A DNA stretch of 64,000 bases, from the NCBI GenBank assembly GCA_965249135.1, contig OZ252220.1:1056001-1120000 (forward strand), in the 5' to 3' direction. Each line of letters opens with the position of its first letter. Positions within the stretch are counted from its first letter, which is position 1. The stretch comes from Alphaproteobacteria bacterium (GTDB lineage: Bacteria > Pseudomonadota > Alphaproteobacteria > GCA-2746255). The notes under the pieces were generated by a model. It made no database searches and was not told where the DNA came from. It was given only the letters and a program-made list of their open reading frames with translations. Shown in pieces: positions 49,140-57,200 of the stretch. The translations under genes were made by a program, and so were the position numbers.

Positions 49140-50196
49140 GGGGATTATATACGAAAGTCACATTTTACCGGTAAAGAGGATGGCCGGTGCATCTGCAACA
49201 GAAAAGGTGTCATTTAAGTCACGATTTCGCCACATCTCTGGCAGTTCAGCGGTGGCTCTTTCCCGGCGCTTTCTTGCTCATGATCCGTCCTCTTGTAACG
49301 CGTTATTTGCGCACCCTTGTAGCCTTCGCTTAGGTCCGCTAGATCATTGTCGGGGCCCTGCCTAATTCATAACGCGCAGGCGCATCGCTGTTCTTTTGCT
49401 TCGCCATAATCGCATCATAGTGCTGATGTACATCAATGTACATTGATGCGCTTGCTGCCTAATGGGGAGTTAAGTATATAATTCCCCAATTAAAGGGGAT
49501 TATATACGAAAGTCACATTTTACCGGTAAAGAGGATGGCCGGTGCATCTGCAACAGAAAAGGTGTCATTTAAGTCACGATTTCGCCACATCTCTGGCAGT
49601 TCAGCGGTGGCTCTTTCCCGGCGCTTTCTTGCTCATGATCCGTCCTCTTGTAACGCGTTATTTGCGCACCCTTGTAGCCTTCGCTTAGGTCCGCTAGATC
49701 ATTGTCGGGGCCCTGCCTAATTCATAACGCGCAGGCGCATCGCTGTTCTTTTGCTTCGCCATAATCGCATCATAGTGCTGATGTACATCAATGTACATTG
49801 ATGCGCTTGCTGCCTAATGGGGAGTTAAGTATATAATTCCCCAATTAAAGGGGATTATATACGAAAGTCACATTTTACCGGTAAAGAGGATGGCCGGTGC
49901 ATCTGCAACAGAAAAGGTGTCATTTAAGTCACGATTTCGCCACATCTCTGGCAGTTCAGCGGTGGCTCTTTCCCGGCGCTTTCTTGCTCATGATCCGTCC
50001 TCTTGTAACGCGTTATTTGCGCACCCTTGTAGCCTTCGCTTAGGTCCGCTAGATCATTGTCGGGGCCCTGCCTAATTCATAACGCGCAGGCGCATCGCTG
50101 TTCTTTTGCTTCGCCATAATCGCATCATAGTGCTGATGTACATCAATGTACATTGATGCGCTTGCTGCCTAATGGGGAGTTAAGTATATAATTCCC
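49140..50196. repeat. three identical 347-bp TIR-bounded units (49140-49486, 49495-49841, 49850-50196) separated by CAATTAAA
   Basis: Period 355 bp; each unit starts GGGGATTATATACG and ends AAGTATATAATTCCC. Confidence 0.95.
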
Positions 50197-50331
50197 CAAA
50201 AAAAAGATGGAAAAAAGAGGAGTCTACTTGACACAAAACGAAGATTAGAGGAGTACACTTGTCACAGCTTGGGGCAAGCAGGATTCCAATAATGATCGAT
50301 TACTCAGCCCGCCTTTCAGCGGCATATCCGA
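50197..50331. repeat. 135-bp copy of 20180-20314
   Basis: Identical by eye; starts at the first base after the TIR. Confidence 0.9.
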
Positions 50332-50533
50332 TGGGAACACCTGCGCACTCTCTGACCCACTACCCGCCGATGACGCCGGTGAAGCTGAGAACGGCAAGCA
50401 CAACGATGATGAAGGCAAAAATAATCAACCCCCATTTGATGTTCGGATTGTCCTGGAAAAAACGCATGGTCTTGTTCTCCTAACAGCTCAAGCATAAAAA
50501 ACCCGCCCGGACTTCAACTGGCCGATCGCGGGG

Positions 50534-50811
50534 AAATCAAAGACACCCATGTTGTCAGACGCCAAAATGCGAAGACGCACTTGCGGACGGACCGCGATGG
50601 CAGGAAAAGCAACAACCTCGATTACATGGCTGGCGGCGGCTAAAGCCAGTAGGTGAAGCGCGGCTTCATAACGCGTTCATTCCTGTAATCGTCGAGATTC
50701 CGATACAGGTTGGCCGTTATGGAGCCGTCTTCATCGTCCCGGAATATTTCGCTCGCGATATAAATTTTATCGTCCAAGACGACGAGATAATCATAGTTTC
50801 TCAGCATCATC
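50534..50811. repeat. 278-bp dispersed repeat, copy 2
   Basis: Matches 5891-6168. Confidence 0.9.
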
Positions 50812-50989
50812 ACCTGCTTTTCTTCGTCATCAAAGGGACGGTACGTGAACAGCATGATCATTTCCAGTTTGCAATTGACTTTGTGACAGAGCTACTGACC
50901 CACTACCCGTCCTAGGGTGTTGTTGACCGCGTGCCGGGTTGGCACCAGATTAAGCGCCAACACCCCTTGCGGTTTCATCCGCAGGGCGC

Positions 50990-51018
50990 GGGGCCTCTTC
51001 GGAGGCCCTTGCTTTTTT
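50990..51018 (+). terminator. intrinsic terminator
   Basis: GGGCCTC-TTCG-GAGGCCC hairpin followed by a T-rich tract. Confidence 0.6.
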
Positions 51019-51285
51019 GGACAACCGATGCGCACCACCATCTATCCCCTAGCAAGCGGGTACGCCTTCCGATGGCGGGGAATGTGGTAGACCATGACTT
51101 CATTGAGCGTGAGATGAACCGGATGCCCGGGTTCGTACAGCTCACGGAGATGCTAAATGACGGACACTAAACGCAAATCCAAGCCCAAGCCCATAACGTG
51201 TGGAAAACCCGATCCTGATTCGCAGGCCCCCGCCCAAATGAACCCCAACGCGATTACGACAGCCGCGAAGGTTTGGGCCAATTCT

Positions 51286-51861
51286 CTAAGGCTTTTTAGG
51301 AGCTTCTGCATCTCTGCCTCCTAACAGTTTCCCTAGGGCCTGGAGAGGGCCCGCGCCTTTGATTCCCATTTTTTCGCTCGACCGCTTGTAGACATAGATG
51401 CCGAGGACCGAGAGCCCGATGCCCCAAAGTGCGGTGAGCTCGGCGATTGAACTCACAACGCGCCCGGTACGTTCTGGATGCCAGGCAATCACGTAGGCAA
51501 CGGCGAGCATCTGTGCGAGCCAAGTAAACGCCATGATGTAGCCGAAGGTCGGACGCATCCGGGCGACGTACTTGTCCTTGCTGGTGCTTTCCACCCGCAT
51601 CGTTTTGTTGATGGTCTCAAGGCGGCGGGTTTCCTGCTCATACATGCCAAGCTCGAAGGCTTGCGCCGCCTTCTGAAATTCCAGTTGTTTCGTCGGGTCC
51701 GCTTTGAGGGCGTCGAGTGCCGCCTGACCGTCGTCCTGGCCGGTGATGATCTTCGCCATGCCGACAATTTCATTCGCCGCCTCTTCCGCCTTCTCGCCGC
51801 CAAGCCAGCGGGCCAAATACGGGGCAGCCACTTCAGCGATGCCGAGCGCGAGTGAGATCAT
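51286..51861 (-). CDS. holin-like protein (3TM-holin type)
   Basis: INKTMRVE..S.D.YVARMRPTFGY, TM helices, LGIYVYKRSSEK. Confidence 0.78.
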   Translation of the reverse strand: MISLALGIAEVAAPYLARWLGGEKAEEAANEIVGMAKIITGQDDGQAALDALKADPTKQLEFQKAAQAFELGMYEQETRRLETINKTMRVESTSKDKYVARMRPTFGYIMAFTWLAQMLAVAYVIAWHPERTGRVVSSIAELTALWGIGLSVLGIYVYKRSSEKMGIKGAGPLQALGKLLGGRDAEAPKKP

Positions 51862-52322
51862 GTTGCACCTTCATAAAGCTGGACAAATTTTTCGACGCGG
51901 CCCGCGCCGAGGGGCGTATTGTAGTGCTGCTTCCAGTAGGCGGCGAGATCGAAGACGTCCTCGGCCGCCGGCAGGGGCTCAGGCCTTCGCAAGTAGTGGA
52001 CGCGCACCATCGCCGTCGCATAGGCAAGATTCGTTACGAGCTGAGCGTGGCGGTCGGGTTCCTTCGCGAGAAAGGCATCGACTTGAAGCGGTAAAGCGTC
52101 ATTTCGGAAATCGAGGAAATTCTTCCAAATGTCGTCATGGGTGGCGGGCTCCATCTGATAGAGGCCAAGCGCCGGCCCCTCGCCATGTTGCCGGAGATAG
52201 GTAAGGCGGCTTTCGGCAAGCGCCGTTCCCAAAAGCAGATTCTCGGCCGCCTCCGACCACAGACCGATCTTCTGAAGGATCGGTCGAATGACGTGTTTCC
52301 GAAAATGAATCGGCGCGATCAT
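51858..52322 (-). CDS. putative endolysin (lysozyme/transglycosylase-like)
   Basis: LLLGTALAES..YLRQ..GPALGLYQMEPAT..YWKQHYNT; position in lysis module. Confidence 0.75.
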   Translation of the reverse strand: MIAPIHFRKHVIRPILQKIGLWSEAAENLLLGTALAESRLTYLRQHGEGPALGLYQMEPATHDDIWKNFLDFRNDALPLQVDAFLAKEPDRHAQLVTNLAYATAMVRVHYLRRPEPLPAAEDVFDLAAYWKQHYNTPLGAGRVEKFVQLYEGAT

Positions 52323-52326
52323 TGCT

Positions 52327-52650
52327 TCAAAACAAATCGTAGCGTTCGATAATGAAAAGAATGGTCGGGATTGAGACCGCTATAACCGCAAGCCACCACC
52401 GTCTTCGCCCGAGGGCTTGGGCCACTTTCTTCTCTTTTCTTTCAAGCCGCTCTGCCTCGGCCCTGTCCCGCTCACCGCTAAGCGTGATTCCTTCCTTAAC
52501 GAGGTCGCGCAAACTGTGTACGCATTTGGAGAGCCTGTCGTTAATTCCATCCTGCCGCTCAATGTATTCGCCAAACTTATCGGCAAGGGCATTAACGCCC
52601 GTCTCAAGCGATGCCATGCGCTCGTTTATGTTTTTATGGACGGCGGGCAT
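52327..52650 (-). CDS. coiled-coil protein with C-terminal TM helix
   Basis: ATG at 52650 coupled to the upstream stop; position equivalent to 7119-7406. Confidence 0.6.
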   Translation of the reverse strand: MPAVHKNINERMASLETGVNALADKFGEYIERQDGINDRLSKCVHSLRDLVKEGITLSGERDRAEAERLERKEKKVAQALGRRRWWLAVIAVSIPTILFIIERYDLF

Positions 52651-53408
52651 CAGCTCACCGCCCCTTTCAGTTGTGAGGCTGGAGGCGTCCCGCCGGTCCA
52701 TGTAACCGACCCGCCGCCGAGGGCGATCGCCAAAGCAGCAGAGCCGCCCGGGCCGGGGCTGCCCTGTCCCGTTCCGCCACTATTACCCGCAGCGCCAGGC
52801 GCTCCGCCAGACTCACCGTTACCACCAAACCCTTGAGGTCCTTTTTGACCACCACCACCACCGGCCGTTTCCGTCCCCGCACTACCAGCAGTAGCTCCAA
52901 GTCCACCGCCGTTGCCGCCAGCACCAACATTGCGCCCGGCTCCACCACCACCGCCACCACCGCCATCCGCTGCACCACCGGCTCCTCCCCCCCCTCCTCC
53001 ACCGCCGCCGAAGATAAGGCCGGTCGAAAAGAGGTTGATGATGGTGCGGAAACCGCCAAGCGCGAGCGCGTCTCCACCAGTAAGGCCCGGCTGACCAGTA
53101 CCACCAAGCGCCCCTCCACCAGCGCCTCCAACGCCACCCATCCCTCGAATCCCGGAGCCGTCCTGAACGTCGATGTAGAGCAGGCTTCGCGCAATGATCG
53201 TCGCGTCGATGGTCCCCAACGAGAGCGCCGCCGTCGCCGTCGACGTTGCGTAGAGATCCATGCTGTTCGTGACGAGCAGGCGCAGGATCGCCGCCGTGGT
53301 GCCGTTCCACCCGACGCTCTCGAAGAGTGTCTCAATGGTCTGATCCGCAGCGTCCGCGCTGAGGGTCTTCGTGAAAACCTGCATACCTGGAGGCGCGGCA
53401 TTCCACAT
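52650..53408 (-). CDS. glycine-rich tail-tip adhesin (gp38-like)
   Basis: IRGMGGVG..GGDAL..IFGGGGGGGGG; paralogue of 7583-8353. Confidence 0.7.
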   Translation of the reverse strand: MWNAAPPGMQVFTKTLSADAADQTIETLFESVGWNGTTAAILRLLVTNSMDLYATSTATAALSLGTIDATIIARSLLYIDVQDGSGIRGMGGVGGAGGGALGGTGQPGLTGGDALALGGFRTIINLFSTGLIFGGGGGGGGGAGGAADGGGGGGGGAGRNVGAGGNGGGLGATAGSAGTETAGGGGGQKGPQGFGGNGESGGAPGAAGNSGGTGQGSPGPGGSAALAIALGGGSVTWTGGTPPASQLKGAVS

Positions 53409-54281
53409 TTACGAGAAGTCCTGCTGGAAGCTGCAATAGAGATTCGTCCCGTCGCTCACCGCGTAGATGATGTCGACGGCGGCCGCTGTGGTCGTGAGCG
53501 TCAGCGCGACCCCGGCCGGGAATTTATAGACCGCGTTGTAGGCGAGCGTCCGGGATCCGATCCCGTCCTGGGTGATGATAAAAACATAGTTGCCTGCCAC
53601 GAGGTTCGTCGGTGCTCCGAGGGTGCGGTTGCCGCCGAGCGTCACCGTGAAGAGATTGGCAAGCGAGGCGTCGACGGCGATCGTTGCCGCATCGGTTAGC
53701 GCGGAAGCCGCCCCGCCTTGCCGCTTCGTGAAAAGATGGGCGACGCCGGTCTTAACGATTGTGGCATCGAAGGCCTCGACGTCCGTTCCGATCACGAGGC
53801 CGAGATTCACCCGGCCCGTCGCTGCGCTCGCCAGGTCGGAGAGGTTCTGCGCGCCTTTGAGGAAAGAGCCGAGGGGCGTCGCGTCGTTCGTCGACAGGAT
53901 CGAGAGATAGCCGGTCAGCGTCTCGTTTGACATCGAGCCCGAATCCCAGGACACCGTGACCGTCGTGTCCGGGGCGGAGTAGGAGCTCACCGTGATCGTC
54001 CCGTAGATCGTGCCGGCCGCGGAGCCCGTGACCTTGATCCGGCGGTTGACCAAGTAGCGCGCCGTGACGTCGGTCGCCACCGTGAACTGCGTGCCGGAGA
54101 GGTAGGTGAGCGTGTCGCCCCAGTTGAACCACTCGGCATCTTCCATCTGCGTGCGGATCGCCGCCATCACCTCGCGGGAGCTATCGTTCACCCCGGAAGC
54201 GGCCATGCCTTCCTTAAAGCCGTCCGGGGAGGTGGCGTTGTTGCTGGCAGCCGTTTTCGACCATGCGGAGATCGCACTCAT
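53409..54281 (-). CDS. phage tail fibre protein
   Basis: WSKTAASN..EGMAASGVNDSSREVMA; VTLGGNRTLGAPTN..QDGIGSRTL. Confidence 0.75.
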   Translation of the reverse strand: MSAISAWSKTAASNNATSPDGFKEGMAASGVNDSSREVMAAIRTQMEDAEWFNWGDTLTYLSGTQFTVATDVTARYLVNRRIKVTGSAAGTIYGTITVSSYSAPDTTVTVSWDSGSMSNETLTGYLSILSTNDATPLGSFLKGAQNLSDLASAATGRVNLGLVIGTDVEAFDATIVKTGVAHLFTKRQGGAASALTDAATIAVDASLANLFTVTLGGNRTLGAPTNLVAGNYVFIITQDGIGSRTLAYNAVYKFPAGVALTLTTTAAAVDIIYAVSDGTNLYCSFQQDFS

Positions 54282-57200
54282 TTCGCTGGCTCCTTCTGCT
54301 TCTCAATGTCTTCGATGACGTCCTTCGCATAGCGGTGCTGCTCCACGATCAGATCGTCACGCAAGGCGCGCTTCAGTTTACTCATGTCGTACCAAGCCCC
54401 GGATCTGCGGAGCCGGTCCTCATAGCCTCGCTTCGTGGATATCTTGGCGCGTTCGCGCGCGAGCTCCTGCAAGGGTTCGATGTCGCGAGCGTAGAGAACG
54501 CGAGCCATGTCCTGATTGATTGCTCGGAGCTGCTTCTCTGCCCGCGACAGTTGACCGTATAAGAGGTTTTCCCGTTTGTTCTCGATGTCGTCGGCGATGT
54601 CCGGCCGGTAGGTCTTGTCCATGTGACGGAGCGTGCGCCGCGCTTTCGTGGCTTCACCGATCAGTTCGTAGACCTTGGTTACATACTTCGAGTGCCCGCC
54701 CGGGTGCTGGCGGTAGAAGCGCCGGATCAGCGGGTACTGGTCGAGGCGCATCTCTGGCATGTCGTCGAACAGCGCCACGTCGAGAAGCGTAAGGCCGTAC
54801 ATGCCCCAGGTGTGGAAGTAGCCACGGATGAGCGATTCGAACTGCGCCGGAGAGAGTTGGGCCGCCCCCGGCCAGTCGCGCATCGTCTCGCCCAAGCGCC
54901 GCAGCATCTCGCTGCCATAGGGGCCGGAGCGCGCCCACGGCTCGAGGTCCTTCATGGCCTCGCTTTCGATCGGCCGATCGGAGAAGCGATTTTCATTGAT
55001 CGCCAGCTCGTAAAGAGGCGCGAAGGCGGCCGGGATGTATTCCATCCGGAACACCTCGGCGATGACGCGCGCCATGTGCTTCGCCGCCTCAACCGGCTCG
55101 GCGTCGAGGATCCCCTCGAGAGCCCGCTCCGCCGCCGAGGCCACCGCGCCGATCTCCCAGATCTTCGGATATTGGAAATGTTCGTATCGCTCATCGAGCG
55201 GCGGGAGGTCCTGCCCCGTCGCCCAGGCGGTGATCGCCTCTTCCGTCGGAATGAAGAAGTGCCAGTAGAGATCCTTCCGCCAATCCTCGAGGTCGTCGTA
55301 GAGTGGGTTCCCCCTGTTGATCGCGTAGAGGCCCATGCTAAGGAGCGCCAGCATCCCGGTCCGGAAGGCGATCTGCCGACGATTCGGGTCCTTGAAGAGA
55401 CCGCGATAACCCCGGTCTATGCCGTTGACGGCCGCCTTCAGGAAGATGATCGTGTCGTAGAAGAAGCCGATCGCCAGGCTGTCGCCGCGCATCCCGAAGT
55501 CCGTCGAGACCTCGCGCGCTGCATAGGCCGCCTCCTTCGGGTGTGCGCCTGCCGCACGCGCCCGGCCATACTCGCCGAGCCGGGTCGCCATCTCGAAGGC
55601 ATTGGCGAACCGCTCAAGCGCCAGGAAAAGACGATCAGGGGTGTCGAGGACCATCTTCCAGTCGATCCCCTTCTTGCCGTAGAACTCACGGGTCATGCGG
55701 TTGAGCTCGCGCCTAGCCGAATCCTCATCGACTAGGTAGGACGAGAAGCCGACGCCGTTGGCGATCGCCTCCTTGTAGAGGGGATCTTCAAGCACCCGAC
55801 TTTTCAGGCCCTTCCAGGAATCAAGAGCGAAGCGGAAACCGAACTTCGAGAAGATCGTCCCCATCAGCGTGTCGCGGGCGATGTTTGCGGCCATGAAATC
55901 AATGGTCAGCGTGATCGTGGCTTGACCAATTCGCTTTGGGACAGCAAGCCACTTCACGATCCAATGCTTCGCTGGCCGGTTGAGGGCGTGGAAGGAGCGC
56001 AGCACAAGGTCGTCGTAGACCTCGAAGAAGGTGGTCTCGCCGTTGAACATGACGGCGACGACGTTCTCGCCAGAAGGCTTCTGATTGTGGGCCCAAAACT
56101 CGACCAGCGGGCCTTGCCGCTCGAGGGCGTCGAGCAGCTCCTCGATGCCTTCCGGCAGGCCTGCGAGCCTCACCCCGCCCTTCGCCCGCATGAGCCGGGC
56201 CGCCGTCGGCGGGATGCCGAGTGTGTCCATGATGGTTTGCTCGATCGACTGCGTGGTGACACTCAGCTTGCGGCTGTCCTTCGGGATCCGCGCCATGAAG
56301 CGCGCGCCGCCTTTCTTCTGCAATACCTCGGCCGCCTTCTGACGCGCCTCGTTAGTGAGCGCCGCGTCGATCAGCATGGAGACGTTCTGCACCATGTTAC
56401 CGAGCACATCGCGCAGGTTGCCGGTGCCGCCGGTCAGCATCTTGATCCCGGTCCAATCGCCGGGTGTTCCCTTCGCCTTGCCGGTCGGCGCGGTCTTGCT
56501 GACCCGGTTGAAGGGGATGTAGACGTCGGTCTCCCATTCCTTGCGCTTGGCCGGGTTGATGACGCCACGCGCCTGGGCGAAGTCGAGGATCCCCTTGTTG
56601 AAGGCCTGGTAGTCCTTGAGCACGCCATCGAAGAGCTCCCGCTGTTCCCGGGTGACGTCCTGCATGGCTTTGATCTCGCCCGGCGTGAACAGCCGCTCCC
56701 GGCCTTGGCCTCGCAGATAATCCGCGCGCTTCGCCACCGCGTAGGCCAGATAGTCGTCGAGCTGCTCGCCGACCGGCTCTAGCAATTCCATGAGGCCTTT
56801 GCCCTCGAAGCGGATGGAGCCGTCCTCTTGGGTGACGGGGATGCCGTATTTGATGGCCCCTTCGACGACAGTGTGCTTGCCCCGGGTGAGCCGCGCCGTC
56901 TTATACATGCCATCCCAGGAGGTCGAGCCCGTGAGGGCAGTTTCCATCTTGAGCCAGCCGTCGAGGTCGTCCGTCACGCCCTGGCGGAATCGCTCCCAAA
57001 TCGAATCGAGCGCCGCGTTCATCTCACCGCCATCGCCGATCTTCGACTTGCCCCGGGTGGCGAGGTCCTGGGCGAACCAGTCGTGCATGTCGGCTTGGGA
57101 TTCACGGAGCGCCGGGCCGTATTCGCTCTTGCCGATGAAGTCCTCAAACCAGGCGTAGAAGTTTGGCGCGGCGGCGCGGGCCTTGTCGCGCTGCGTCGAC

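Noticed and set aside
49180-50075. Three 61-aa ORFs (MAGASATEK...)
   Set aside because: By-products of the repeat; they run antisense to a transposase stub and cross mosaic junctions
49140-50196. CRISPR-like array
   Set aside because: Units are 347 bp and identical, the 8-bp spacers are invariant, and no cas-like genes are visible
52940-53010. CCA/CCG-rich tracts as microsatellites (also 7600-8100)
   Set aside because: Explained by glycine codons of the adhesin genes
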